Below, piece after piece: positions 8,839 to 19,593 of a stretch of DNA of 64,000 nt. The stretch lies in the IMG/VR virus record IMGVR_UViG_3300008262_000013; one strand, given 5' to 3'. This stretch comes from a virus. Its lineage: Duplodnaviria > Caudoviricetes. A program made the position numbers and the translations under genes. The notes under the pieces were generated by a model. The model worked only from the letters and a program-made list of their open reading frames with translations. It was not told where the DNA came from and made no database searches. Numbering within the stretch: the first letter of the stretch is position 1; each line of letters begins with the position of its first letter.

Positions 8839-9492
8839 ATGTCAAAATTTTTTAATTACTTTCCTAAGGTTGTTTATTTTTCCGATAGAGATCAAACATC
8901 TTTAGATATAATAACAAACTTAACTTTTAAATTTAAGTTTAATGAAAATTTTAAACAAAATTCTGTTGTTTATTATGATTATATTATTCCTGAAGGAGAA
9001 ACACCAGAAATTTTAGCGGACAAATTTTATGATTCTTCCGAAAGACACTGGATAATTTTAATGGTTAATAATATTATAAATCCTTTGTTAGATTGGCCAA
9101 TGAGTTATACAACACTAAACAAATATATCGATTCAAAATATTCTGCAAATAATTATGCCGATACTTCTAATACCTCGGTTACGGGACTTTCTTGGTCGGA
9201 ATCAAATGTAAAAGAATATTTTGTAAAAGAGAGAAAAACTATATTAGATACTAAAGAGTTTGAAGAAAAAACGATAATTCTAACGCAACCTGACTACGCA
9301 AATACTTCTCCAATAACCTCAAATAATTACACTTTAATTGGTGGTACTCAAATAGAATTTAAAAGAACTAGAGGAACAAAAACTTATTATGAATATGAAC
9401 ATGAGACAAATGAAAATAAAAGAAAAATTAAATTGTTAAAAAAAGAATTCGTTCCTTTTTTAGAAAAAGAATTTAAAGATTTAACAAAATAA
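8839..9492 (+). CDS. gp53: Baseplate wedge subunit
   Basis: MSKFFNYFPKV, GETPEILADKFY...HWIILMVNNIINPLLDWP, YEYEHETNENKRKIKLLK. Confidence 0.92.
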   Translation: MSKFFNYFPKVVYFSDRDQTSLDIITNLTFKFKFNENFKQNSVVYYDYIIPEGETPEILADKFYDSSERHWIILMVNNIINPLLDWPMSYTTLNKYIDSKYSANNYADTSNTSVTGLSWSESNVKEYFVKERKTILDTKEFEEKTIILTQPDYANTSPITSNNYTLIGGTQIEFKRTRGTKTYYEYEHETNENKRKIKLLKKEFVPFLEKEFKDLTK

Positions 9493-9493
9493 A

Positions 9494-10846
9494 ATGCAAT
9501 CGAATTTTTTAATATCAACTGGGTTTATAATAAAAGAATTAAACCTTGTCGCCAAAGATAAAACTGAACGAAGTCTTATTGCACACTACAAAGAAATAAA
9601 CATTTTCGATTCAATATTGCAGCCATGTTTAACTGGTAATATTTTAATTGAAGATTCGTCTGGATTGTCTGATTCTTTTTTATTAGACGGTAATGATTTT
9701 ATAAAAATTCACATAGGAAAAGTTGACGATGATACTTTAGATATAAAAAGAATTTTTAGAATTTATAAACAGTCTGATAGAAATGTAGTAAATCAAACTA
9801 AAGAAACTTATATTTTACATTTTATTTCTGAAGAATTTGTTACGGCACAATTTAAAAAGGTGGGACAAGCTTATTTAAATACCACATATAGTAACACTGC
9901 ACTCAAAATTCTTAGAGATTATTTAAAAACTCCTAGTGAAAAAATAAAAGGAGGAGAATTTGATACATCTTTAGGAATAAGAGATATTGTAGTTCCATTA
10001 TATTTAAATCCAATAGACGCTATAATGTGGATGACAAAATTGGCAATTGATACTGATCACAGACCATGTTTTCTTTTTTACGAAAATATTTTTGGTTATA
10101 ACTTTGCTAGTTTAAGTAATTTGTTAGATAAAGAATCGGTTGTAAATATAAATTTTGATCCTAAAAACTTAGGTCGTATGGATGAAACAAATGATATGTT
10201 TGGAGCCAGACATTTTGAAGTTATACAGCAGTTTGATATTTTATCAAATATAAAAAACGGAGTTTATTCGGGTAAATTTATTGGATATGATAGAAATATA
10301 GGTCAAAGTCTAGAATTAAATTTCGATTACAATTCTATAAATCATCCAAAAAATTCTAGGAATAACGGACCTGCTGTGGCAAATTTAAAAACCATAGAAG
10401 GCGATTTATTAAACAATTTTTCAGAATCAAATATAGTTGAAGGTCCTACAAGTTTAATATCTAGAAATATAAATGAAATAAAACAAAATAGTCCAGGAGA
10501 ATTCGAAAAGAAGATAGATTATGAACAAATTTTATTTCAGAGAGAATCTATATTTGCAAACTTCTTTTCACAAAGAGTTAAACTTGTAGTGCCAGGAAAT
10601 TTTGGAATTTCATCAGGAGCAAATGTATATTTAAACATACCTAAATTCTCCGAGAAAGTTCCAGGAGAAAATAATTTAGACAGAACATTATATGGTCATT
10701 ATATGATCATCGCAGCACGGCACAAATTAACACCGGACAATAAACACGAAACTATTTTTGAAGCTTGTACAAACAGTTCAAATAGAAGTGATAGATATAA
10801 TAAAATGATCGGCGTTGATAATGTAACTAATACAAATTATGCGTAA
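9494..10846 (+). CDS. Probable baseplate hub protein (gp27/Mu gp44-like)
   Basis: EINIFDSILQPCLTGNILIEDS, FLFYEN..GYNFASL, VPGNF..SSG, GHYMIIAARH; located between gp53 and gp5. Confidence 0.6.
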   Translation: MQSNFLISTGFIIKELNLVAKDKTERSLIAHYKEINIFDSILQPCLTGNILIEDSSGLSDSFLLDGNDFIKIHIGKVDDDTLDIKRIFRIYKQSDRNVVNQTKETYILHFISEEFVTAQFKKVGQAYLNTTYSNTALKILRDYLKTPSEKIKGGEFDTSLGIRDIVVPLYLNPIDAIMWMTKLAIDTDHRPCFLFYENIFGYNFASLSNLLDKESVVNINFDPKNLGRMDETNDMFGARHFEVIQQFDILSNIKNGVYSGKFIGYDRNIGQSLELNFDYNSINHPKNSRNNGPAVANLKTIEGDLLNNFSESNIVEGPTSLISRNINEIKQNSPGEFEKKIDYEQILFQRESIFANFFSQRVKLVVPGNFGISSGANVYLNIPKFSEKVPGENNLDRTLYGHYMIIAARHKLTPDNKHETIFEACTNSSNRSDRYNKMIGVDNVTNTNYA

Positions 10847-10867
10847 TATTTTTTTAAGGATAATCCT

Positions 10868-12673
10868 ATGACTATGCAAGTTGTAGAAAGAGATGCTATA
10901 GTTATCAATAATGCTGATCCACTTGGATTAGCCCGACTTCAAGTTTTTATCTATGGTGTTCATGATATAACTGGAATTAAAACTCCATTTGAGAACCTTC
11001 CTTGGGCGTTTGCATCTCAAACTACCGTTTCTATACCAAAAATATACACTCCAATAAAAGTAAAATATAAATTTTCTTTTGGTAGTGCAATGAGAGCTTT
11101 TGCTGATCAAGAGGCTTTAGAATGGCACTCTCCTTCACCTTATTTGAAATTAACAGAAAATAGAGACCCAAGACTCTATTTAAAATATGACAGTGAAAAT
11201 CAAAAATTTTTAAACCAAAGTCCTGTAGATTATTCAACGATTAAAAATAAAATAGCACAATTAGAGGAAGAAAAGAAAACATTAGAAAATGCCAAAAAAG
11301 CTAATGAAGAAGAACTAAAAAATTTAATTGCAGATGAAGAAAAATATCAAGTTTCACCTATAGACGAATCTGGATGGACTGTAGCTATAGAATACTCAAA
11401 AAGTGAACTCAATAACTTTTTAAATGATGTTGGTTCAATTGGTTCAGTAAGTGGGCAATCTTACGATAGTAGAATTTCTCAATTAGAATCTCAAATACAA
11501 AGTGGTAGAAAATTAGCTGAGATTGCGTATCCAAATAGAAATGAAGATGAGCAAGATTTAACATTAGAACAATATGCTGATCAAGTTTGGAATTCTCGTG
11601 AACTAACTGAAAGAGATAATTTAGTAACCAGAAAAGGACTACTAGAAAGAAATATATTAGATGCTGAGACAAACCTGGCAAATCTTTATAAGAACTCTAC
11701 ATCAAATTTAAATAGAGTAAATACGCAAAAACAAGGAATTCAAGAAGAAATAAACAAACAAAGTCTTAAAATACAAGAAATAGATAAACAAATTGCAGAA
11801 CTAAATTCTCAAGCTTCTAATGCGCCGAATGCTTTACTTTCCATAGAACAGGCAAGATCATTGGATGCAAGAGTAGGCCGATATGATGAAACTTCTGGTA
11901 AAGTTTATAATACACAAGAAGAATTAATAGGTAACTGGACAGGATATACTTTTTATTTACCCGGTTACGCATTACAACCTGGACCTTCTATACCAGACAG
12001 AAAAAAATTAATACCAATAGATTCGAAAGGTAGAATAAGTGAAGAATCTTATTTACAATCAACAAATCTTAATGGTTCAAAATCTGGTCAACTGAGTACA
12101 ATTATAGATCCTTCGGATAGTGTAGCTATAGAAAAATCAAATAATGATAAAACTTGGAATTGTGATATTTCCTATGAAACTAGATTAAAAATTCTCACAA
12201 AAAGACAAGAAGTTATAACAGCAGTTAAATGGTTGAGAGATAAGATACTTGCTCTTTTTGCAATTGATGGAAATTCTGCCACAGCTCAGTGGATTAAACA
12301 AACGGTTAAACTTTTAACGGCTACACTCAAAAGTATTCAGAAATTTTTAAAAGTAATAAATGAAATAGTACTAGAGATTGCAAAAATTACCGCACAGATA
12401 AGACAACTAATAAACTGGATATTAAGTTTACCCGCAAGATTATTGGTTCTGTTGCAAGACTGTTTAACTCATTTTTTTAATTCATTGACTGATGCTTTTT
12501 CCGAATCAATATCTTTAAGTGGTGCCGGTGGTGAAAATGTATCTTTTTCTGAAGTAACAGAATTAATATCTGAAACACAAAAAACATTCCAAACAGCAAA
12601 AGAAACAGTAGAAATTACAACAATAGTATATACAGAAATTAAAGCGATAGAAGCAACATTTGAAAAGGTATAA
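10868..12673 (+). CDS. gp5 N-terminal OB-fold-like segment fused to a long coiled-coil/amphipathic helical region
   Basis: VINNADPLGLARLQVFIYGVH...LPWA matches the start of the gp5/VgrG OB-fold; the remainder is heptad-rich and unlike T4 gp5. Confidence 0.6.
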   Translation: MTMQVVERDAIVINNADPLGLARLQVFIYGVHDITGIKTPFENLPWAFASQTTVSIPKIYTPIKVKYKFSFGSAMRAFADQEALEWHSPSPYLKLTENRDPRLYLKYDSENQKFLNQSPVDYSTIKNKIAQLEEEKKTLENAKKANEEELKNLIADEEKYQVSPIDESGWTVAIEYSKSELNNFLNDVGSIGSVSGQSYDSRISQLESQIQSGRKLAEIAYPNRNEDEQDLTLEQYADQVWNSRELTERDNLVTRKGLLERNILDAETNLANLYKNSTSNLNRVNTQKQGIQEEINKQSLKIQEIDKQIAELNSQASNAPNALLSIEQARSLDARVGRYDETSGKVYNTQEELIGNWTGYTFYLPGYALQPGPSIPDRKKLIPIDSKGRISEESYLQSTNLNGSKSGQLSTIIDPSDSVAIEKSNNDKTWNCDISYETRLKILTKRQEVITAVKWLRDKILALFAIDGNSATAQWIKQTVKLLTATLKSIQKFLKVINEIVLEIAKITAQIRQLINWILSLPARLLVLLQDCLTHFFNSLTDAFSESISLSGAGGENVSFSEVTELISETQKTFQTAKETVEITTIVYTEIKAIEATFEKV

Positions 12674-13485
12674 TGATGGCAGATACAGAAGTTAAAAAAC
12701 CCGAAGGTGATAGTACTTGGTATGAACCCGATTCTCAAGCAAATAATTCAGTTTATCCTCATGTAAAAGGATTTTATTCCGATTCTGGTCATTTTGTGGA
12801 AATGGATGACACACCACAATATGAAAGAATGAGAATACAACATAGAATAGGAAATTATACTGAGATACAATCCGATGGAACAGAAATTCATAAAATTATT
12901 GGTGATAATTATGAAATAGTTGTTAAGAACAATCATGTTTTGATAAAAGGTTATTGCTCTGTGACTATAGAAGGTGATTCTAAATTAAATGTTAAGGGAG
13001 ATGTTTATCAAAACATTGAAGGTAATGTTTATCAAAACATTGAAGGTCAGATGGACGCTGTTGTCACCGGTGAGGTAAATTTAACTTCAGAAACCGATGT
13101 AAACATAACTGCTGGAGGAATAGAAGGACAAATTAATTTAAATGCTCCTTTTTCTGTTCATGTCGAAGGTGATTTAACTGTAAACGGAGGAATATCTTCC
13201 ACAGGACCTATTGCTTGTTCTGAAAACATAATAGCGAGTAAAAAAGTTTTTGGTGCTTTAGGATTGGTAACTCCCACAGGAGTTTTAGTTGGCCTTCCAG
13301 ATGCTGGTGCTGTTGCACCAGGAATTTATTCTGCTGGTCCCATTTCATCATTATCCTCAGTTACGGCGCCAGTATTGAATGATATTATTGGACCAATACA
13401 GATATTCAGACATGCGTATACATATCATTTTCATCCAGGAGATTCTGGAGGAGTTACTGGAATTCCTAGCATAGGAGCTTTATAA
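12673..13485 (+). CDS. gp5: Central spike beta-helix (gp5 C-terminal part) with an HxH metal-binding apex
   Basis: YPHVKGFYSDSGHFVEMDDTPQYERMRIQHRIG, octapeptide VxGN-type repeats, C-terminal HFHPGDSGGVTG. Confidence 0.82.
   Translation: MMADTEVKKPEGDSTWYEPDSQANNSVYPHVKGFYSDSGHFVEMDDTPQYERMRIQHRIGNYTEIQSDGTEIHKIIGDNYEIVVKNNHVLIKGYCSVTIEGDSKLNVKGDVYQNIEGNVYQNIEGQMDAVVTGEVNLTSETDVNITAGGIEGQINLNAPFSVHVEGDLTVNGGISSTGPIACSENIIASKKVFGALGLVTPTGVLVGLPDAGAVAPGIYSAGPISSLSSVTAPVLNDIIGPIQIFRHAYTYHFHPGDSGGVTGIPSIGAL
13001..13047 (+). repeat. 24-nt-period tandem duplication (23 nt exact) encoding one extra beta-helix octapeptide (VYQNIEG x2)
   Basis: ATGTTTATCAAAACATTGAAGGT at 13001 and 13025. Confidence 0.9.
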
Positions 13486-14297
13486 TGGCAAATGTTTTAG
13501 ATAGATTAACAACTACTTTCGATTCATCTAAATTTGGTGATGATATTAATTTGAGTGACAGAGCTAAAGCTTTTTTAAACACAAGTCCTATAAAAATAAG
13601 TTCATGGGCGGCTAGTGATTTGGCCAATGGTGCGGTGACACGTTCTGATTATTTTCAAAATCCTGTTGCATCTTATGTTTCTAGTATATCTTCTAATTTA
13701 AATTCAATTATAACATTATGTACTACTAGTCCAGATACAAACTATCCTAGTTCTAATGCTGCGATAAAAAATTTAGCTAATTCATCAAATAATTTAGTAA
13801 CTCAATTAAATTTATTTTTACAACATACAAATAGAATATCTGGTGTTTCAGAGAGTTATTTTGATTCATCTACAGGAGTTATAAAACCAAATTATCAAGA
13901 TTGTGTCGGATCTGGAGGAATGATATTAACTATATTGGGAACAACAGATAATGTTAGAAATTCTACTCCTATTTTAAACCAGTTTACTAGTTTGTATATT
14001 GAAGAAGAATTGGCGGCTAATAATTGGAGTATAGGAAATACTAAAAACTCACTACAAACCGTGCCTTCTTCACTGACAACATCTCAAGTAAATGCAATGA
14101 ATGTAATAATAAACACCGCAAATACATTACTTTACACCAGAAGAACCGAAGATGAGAATTATTTTTACGCTTCCCAACAAATTTTAAAAGATTTTCAGAT
14201 ACTAAACGGAATGCAAAACTCGGGAAGTACTGAAAAAAATCTAATTACCAATAAAATAGGAACCGCAAAACTCAAAACCTCTTTAGGAGTTGAATAA
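13485..14297 (+). CDS. Hypothetical virion-module protein (Asn/Ser/Thr-rich, helical)
   Basis: 270-aa ORF coupled to gp5 (TAATG overlap) and upstream of gp25; no recognised motif. Confidence 0.6.
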   Translation: MANVLDRLTTTFDSSKFGDDINLSDRAKAFLNTSPIKISSWAASDLANGAVTRSDYFQNPVASYVSSISSNLNSIITLCTTSPDTNYPSSNAAIKNLANSSNNLVTQLNLFLQHTNRISGVSESYFDSSTGVIKPNYQDCVGSGGMILTILGTTDNVRNSTPILNQFTSLYIEEELAANNWSIGNTKNSLQTVPSSLTTSQVNAMNVIINTANTLLYTRRTEDENYFYASQQILKDFQILNGMQNSGSTEKNLITNKIGTAKLKTSLGVE

Positions 14298-14300
14298 ATA
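14293..14300 (+). promoter_or_regulatory. Probable late promoter (AATAAATA) before gp25
   Basis: ATAAATA core 4 nt before the ATG, same geometry as the gp2 promoter. Confidence 0.45.
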
Positions 14301-14304
14301 ATAG

Positions 14305-14709
14305 ATGGCCACAATTACTACCAATGTTGCGAGAACTTATAAGGACTTAGACCTCCTTTTCAATGTTCACCCAATAAAAAAAGACGTTAATAAACACACA
14401 GCAGAAATGGCTGTGATTAATTCTGTAAAAAACTTGATTTTAACAAATCATTATGAACGTCCTTTTCAACCAGAAATAGGATCTAATGTCTCAAAACTTT
14501 TATTCGAACAACTAGATTTTGTGACTGCCGCAGCATTGGAAAGAGAAATTTCTCAGACAATACGAAATTTTGAACCAAGAGCCTCTGTTTATAGAATACG
14601 TGCTTTACCAGATTATGACAACAATGGTTTTACGATAGATATGGAATTTACCATTATAAACAGAACTGAACCAATAACAATAACATTTTTTCTAGATCGA
14701 GTAAGATAA
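14305..14709 (+). CDS. gp25: Baseplate wedge subunit
   Basis: YKDLDLLF..HP, SVKNLILTNHYERPFQPEIGS, LFE, NFEPR. Confidence 0.95.
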   Translation: MATITTNVARTYKDLDLLFNVHPIKKDVNKHTAEMAVINSVKNLILTNHYERPFQPEIGSNVSKLLFEQLDFVTAAALEREISQTIRNFEPRASVYRIRALPDYDNNGFTIDMEFTIINRTEPITITFFLDRVR

Positions 14710-16785
14710 ATGACAGATCGTTTAAGAGTAACAGAACTTGATTTTGATCAAATCAAAACAAATTTAAAAAGTTTTTTAAAAAGTCAAAATGAATTTACCG
14801 ACTATGATTTTGACGGTTCTGGATTAAGTGTACTTTTAGATATACTGGCTTATAATACACATTATAACGCTTATTATCTAAACATGATTGCAAATGAATC
14901 CTTCTTAGATACGGCTCTTTTAAGAAACTCGGTTATTTCTCATGCCAAAAAATTTGGATATGTTCCAAGATCAGCAACAGCTGCAAGAGCTACAATTAAC
15001 TTTACTATCAATAGTTTAAACTCTACACCAGGTAGTTTAACTTTACCAAGAGGATATATTTTCTTATCTTCATTGATTGATAATAAAGTATATAATTTTG
15101 TTACATTAGAAGATACTACCGTAACAAAAACTGGGACAAATTTCGTATTCAATAATTTAAAAATATACGAAGGATCTTTGAATAGATATTCTTTCAACCA
15201 TTCTGAAGCTTCAAATCCAAAGCAAATATTTTCTATACCAGATTCGAATATTGATACATCAACATTAAAAGTTACTGTACAACAATCTTCATCTAATACA
15301 GATTCGGTTGTTTATAGTTTAGCCACAGATGTAATAAATCTTACTGCTAACTCTACTGTTTATTTTTTACAAGAGGGACTAAACAATCAATATCAGATTT
15401 ATTTTGGTGATGATGTAATCGGTAAAAAAATACCTGACGCTGGTGTAGTAAATGTAACCTATCTTTCTACGAACGGATCTGTTGCTAATAAAGCCAATAC
15501 TTTTGTTGCCACGACACCAGTCTCATCTTTTACTACTTTTAGTGTGACCCCAGTTGCCGCTTCTTCTGGCGGCGCAGCAAAGGAATCTGTCGATCAAATT
15601 AAGTTTGCAGCTCCATTACAGTTTACCTCTCAAAATAGAGCTGTAACAAAAAATGATTATATTAAACTAATTCAACAAAAATATCCACAGTTTGATGCGG
15701 TTAATGTTTGGGGTGGAGAAGAAAATATTCCTCCCGTTTATGGTAAAATTTTTATTTCTGCTAAACCTAAATTGGGATTTGAAGTTTCTGATACCGAAAA
15801 AAATTATTTTATAAATGAGATAGTTAAACCCATAAGTGTTTTAACAGTTACTCCAGAATTTGTTGATGTTGATTATAATTACATTAAGTTAATTTCTACC
15901 GTTTATTATGACCCAACGAAAACTGATTTAAATACATCAACTCTACAATCAAAAGTTACAAATGCGATAACTTCATTTTCAAATTTAAATTTAAATAAAT
16001 TTAATTCAATTTTTAGTTCATCAAAATTAAGAACTAATGTTGATAATTCTGATATTTCTGTACAATCAAACGAATTGGAAATATTTTTGTCTAAGAGATT
16101 TAGACCTGTTTTAACACAAACTAATACTTATACTTTAGATTTTGGTGTTGAATTGTCTAGAGGCACAACACTCGATAATTTTTATTCTTCACCAAATTTT
16201 AATATACTTGACGAAAATTTAATAGAAAGATCCTGCTTTATTGAAGAAGTTCCATCTTCATTTACAGGAGTCGAATCGATATCAGTTATAACACCAGGTT
16301 CAGGATATACGTCAACACCAACCATAGAAATTATTGGAGATGGTCGAGGAGCCAAAGCGGCCGCCATTATCGTAAACGGAAAACTAAGTTCAGTAAAAGT
16401 TATAAATCCTGGTATTGGTTATACAACAGCTGCAATAAGAATTATTGGTGGTGGAGGAACAAATGCTACTGCTGAGTCTATTTTAGAAAATAGGTTTGGT
16501 AAAATTAGAATCGCCTATTTTAAACCAGATGAGCTTACAAGTAGAAGTACAAAGGTTATTTTAAATGCCGAAAAAAATGAAGGTATTACTGGTGTTATAG
16601 ATTACGTTTTAGGCACTATAACAATAGAAAATTTTGCTCCACTTTCTGTAGATAATGATTTTGATGAACTTTCTATAAATGTTAGACCAAAATCTACAGT
16701 TTTACAATCAATTAAAAATAAAATGTTAGCTTTCGATCAAACGGATCCAACCAGTGTTGTTGTTGAACTAAAAATCATAAAATAA
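14710..16785 (+). CDS. gp6: Baseplate wedge subunit
   Basis: ELDFDQIKTNLKSFL, FTDYDFDGSGLSVLLDILAYNTHY, GYVPRS, QNRAVTKNDY, WGGEEN.PP.YGKIFIS. Confidence 0.96.
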   Translation: MTDRLRVTELDFDQIKTNLKSFLKSQNEFTDYDFDGSGLSVLLDILAYNTHYNAYYLNMIANESFLDTALLRNSVISHAKKFGYVPRSATAARATINFTINSLNSTPGSLTLPRGYIFLSSLIDNKVYNFVTLEDTTVTKTGTNFVFNNLKIYEGSLNRYSFNHSEASNPKQIFSIPDSNIDTSTLKVTVQQSSSNTDSVVYSLATDVINLTANSTVYFLQEGLNNQYQIYFGDDVIGKKIPDAGVVNVTYLSTNGSVANKANTFVATTPVSSFTTFSVTPVAASSGGAAKESVDQIKFAAPLQFTSQNRAVTKNDYIKLIQQKYPQFDAVNVWGGEENIPPVYGKIFISAKPKLGFEVSDTEKNYFINEIVKPISVLTVTPEFVDVDYNYIKLISTVYYDPTKTDLNTSTLQSKVTNAITSFSNLNLNKFNSIFSSSKLRTNVDNSDISVQSNELEIFLSKRFRPVLTQTNTYTLDFGVELSRGTTLDNFYSSPNFNILDENLIERSCFIEEVPSSFTGVESISVITPGSGYTSTPTIEIIGDGRGAKAAAIIVNGKLSSVKVINPGIGYTTAAIRIIGGGGTNATAESILENRFGKIRIAYFKPDELTSRSTKVILNAEKNEGITGVIDYVLGTITIENFAPLSVDNDFDELSINVRPKSTVLQSIKNKMLAFDQTDPTSVVVELKIIK

Positions 16786-16789
16786 AAAA

Positions 16790-19585
16790 ATGTCAGAATT
16801 AATTGTTTCCAATTTAGTTTCAAGTCAACTACCTGATTTTATTAGGTCTGATAACCCCAAGTTTGTCATTTTTTTAGAAAAATACTATAAATGGTTAGAA
16901 AGTAGTAATAATGCATTATACGAAGTCAAAACTTTAGAACAGTCTAAAGATTTAGATTTGGTCGATGATTACTATTTAAATGAAATAGCAAAAGAAGTTT
17001 TACCATATTTTCCAAAAGAAATTCTTTTAGATAAAAGAACTTTTATAAAAAATGTAGGAGAATTTTATAGGTCAAAAGGAACACCAGAATCAGTAAAGTT
17101 TTTATTTAGAATATTATATAATGAAGATATTGAAATTTATTTTCCAAAAGAACAAATATTAAAAGTTTCTGACGGAAAATGGGTATTACCTTTATCGTTA
17201 AGAGTTGAGACTGGTGATACCAATATTTTTGATATTGAAAAATGTAAAATTACCGGAACAAATTCAAAAGCAACAGCTATCGTTGAAAAAGTTATAAAAT
17301 CGGTTGACCGACAGTTAGGAATAGAATATGTAGAATTATACATTTCCAATATTAATAAATTATTTTTAACTGGAGAAAATGTAAGCACAACTATAGTAAG
17401 AACCAATGGAAATGAAGATTTTGTTACCGCAAAATTAATTGGTTCTTTATCTGAAATTAAAATTGATCCTAAAAATAGAGGATTATATTACAATGGATAT
17501 GATACAGAATTAAGATATGAAGGAGATCCAGTTACAATTATAGGTGGATTGAATCCAAGTTCTGGTAACCCTATTGGTGCTATAGCTACAGTTGGAAATG
17601 TATTACAGGGTTCAGTTGACGATGTTGTTGTTACTAATGGAGGTTTTGGATTTAGGGATCCCGCATTATATCAAAATTCCTCAATTCTTGATTTTACTGG
17701 AGGATTTAAAGATATATTATTAGGTTCTGAAGCTAAGGCTAAAATATTACTGTTGGATGAAAAAGTATATAGAACAATAAACGTAAGTAATATAACAATA
17801 GAATCTTTCTATTCTTCAACTATTGACGGAATTGATAATGTAAATGACAATAAAACGATAAATGAATTGACTACGAAACAAACACTGAATGTTTTTCCCA
17901 TATCTTTTATTACCGTAGAATCTTCTGGTGGAGGGTATAAAACTCAACCCGATTTGGACATTTATAGTTTGTATATGGAAGAACTTGATGATACATTAAT
18001 TATAAATTCAACTACTGCCGTAAAGGGCACTAGAGTTTTGAGAGATGAGTCTCAAGATTTAACCAACTCTTTTGAAGTTGGAGAAACAGTAAAATTATTT
18101 TTAAGAAATAGATATGAAGAAATAAAAATTGTAGCCAACGTAAGTTCAAACACAATAACTTTTTTTGATGAATTTGAAAATAATATAAACAATCTTTCAG
18201 TATATAAATTAAATAGAAGGAAATTAACCGAAGTTGGATCTTTAGGTAGAATTCAAATAGTCAATGGTGGAAATGGTTATTCTGTTGGGGATTTTTTAGT
18301 TTTTAGTAGTACTGGTAGAGGATATGGAGCTAATGCGAATGTTAGTTCTGTACATGCCGGAAATAATGGAATTAAAACAATAACTTTCAATGAAACATCC
18401 GATTATATTAGAGGTGGTGAAAGTTATACTATGATTGACCTTCCAACCGTAACAGTTAATTCTCCCGGTGGAGGACAAAATGCAGTATTAAAAGTATCCG
18501 AAATATTAGGTGAAGGATTAAATAAAGAAATTTCTACAACTAGAATTGGTGCAATATCAAGTATAAGAGTTATAAGTTACGGTTATGATTATGTTTCTGC
18601 TCCAATTATTTCTTTGAGAAATGCTGACATATCATTAACTGATGTTACCGAAGGTCAAATTTATGTAGCGAATACATTTGTTTATCAAGGAGCATCGAAT
18701 ACAAATTATAGTTGGTCTGCTTATGTGGACAAATATTCAACATCAAATAATTCATTAAGAGTTTATAATTATACAGGAACTTTTGATTCTAGTCTATCTA
18801 TAAAATCTGATGATAATTTAACCACAGGAAATGTTGTGACCTCGTTGTTCTACGGCGATGGTAAGGCTAAGGCAACAGCCAAATTTGAAAATGGATTGAT
18901 TCGATATCCTGGAATTTACTTGAATACCGATGGTCAACCAAGTTCGGATCAAAAATTTCAAGATGATAAAAAATATCATAACTTCTCGTATATAATTAAT
19001 ACAGAAAATGATTATTATAAATTTAAGAAAACATTGCAAGAAACTGTACATCCATTAGGAACAAAAACTTTTGTAACTAAAATTGATACGAATTCAAAAA
19101 ATGCTTCTGATCAAAATGTACAAATAATCTATTTAACGCAAGATTATCATTCAAATACATTTAATATAAGTAATATTTCTAATAGTATAGTGTCAACGTC
19201 AATAACTCCAAACGTGCAATCTGAAGTTTCTGTTGGCAATTTAATTATTTTAAAAAATTTAGAAAAAACCATAAATGGTACAGCAAATATTTCATCCAGC
19301 TCAAATGTAATAACTGGTAACGGAACTAATTTTATTCATGATGTGGTTGATGGCCAAACGCTCTATCTTTCCTCTGGAAATACAGTAGTCGTAAAAAGTA
19401 TATTTAATGCAAATACTATTTTTGCTCAAACAGAATTTGGCATTTCTAGCACCGATTTGACAATTAGGGTGGTGTTTGATGAAACGAAAAATGTCTCTTT
19501 TGTGAATGCCAACACCATTTTAGTTGACACTAATCCAATAACAACAAACAACTTTGTTTCAATAATTGTACAAAAAGTGAGATAA
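16790..19585 (+). CDS. gp7: Baseplate wedge initiator
   Basis: QLPDFIR...FLEKYYKWLE, FYRSKGTPESVKFLFRILYNE, QDDKKYHNFSY, VHPLG. Confidence 0.8.
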   Translation: MSELIVSNLVSSQLPDFIRSDNPKFVIFLEKYYKWLESSNNALYEVKTLEQSKDLDLVDDYYLNEIAKEVLPYFPKEILLDKRTFIKNVGEFYRSKGTPESVKFLFRILYNEDIEIYFPKEQILKVSDGKWVLPLSLRVETGDTNIFDIEKCKITGTNSKATAIVEKVIKSVDRQLGIEYVELYISNINKLFLTGENVSTTIVRTNGNEDFVTAKLIGSLSEIKIDPKNRGLYYNGYDTELRYEGDPVTIIGGLNPSSGNPIGAIATVGNVLQGSVDDVVVTNGGFGFRDPALYQNSSILDFTGGFKDILLGSEAKAKILLLDEKVYRTINVSNITIESFYSSTIDGIDNVNDNKTINELTTKQTLNVFPISFITVESSGGGYKTQPDLDIYSLYMEELDDTLIINSTTAVKGTRVLRDESQDLTNSFEVGETVKLFLRNRYEEIKIVANVSSNTITFFDEFENNINNLSVYKLNRRKLTEVGSLGRIQIVNGGNGYSVGDFLVFSSTGRGYGANANVSSVHAGNNGIKTITFNETSDYIRGGESYTMIDLPTVTVNSPGGGQNAVLKVSEILGEGLNKEISTTRIGAISSIRVISYGYDYVSAPIISLRNADISLTDVTEGQIYVANTFVYQGASNTNYSWSAYVDKYSTSNNSLRVYNYTGTFDSSLSIKSDDNLTTGNVVTSLFYGDGKAKATAKFENGLIRYPGIYLNTDGQPSSDQKFQDDKKYHNFSYIINTENDYYKFKKTLQETVHPLGTKTFVTKIDTNSKNASDQNVQIIYLTQDYHSNTFNISNISNSIVSTSITPNVQSEVSVGNLIILKNLEKTINGTANISSSSNVITGNGTNFIHDVVDGQTLYLSSGNTVVVKSIFNANTIFAQTEFGISSTDLTIRVVFDETKNVSFVNANTILVDTNPITTNNFVSIIVQKVR

Positions 19586-19588
19586 ATA
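19581..19588 (+). promoter_or_regulatory. Probable late promoter (GATAAATA) before gp8
   Basis: ATAAATA core 5 nt before the ATG. Confidence 0.45.
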
Positions 19589-19593
19589 AGTCT

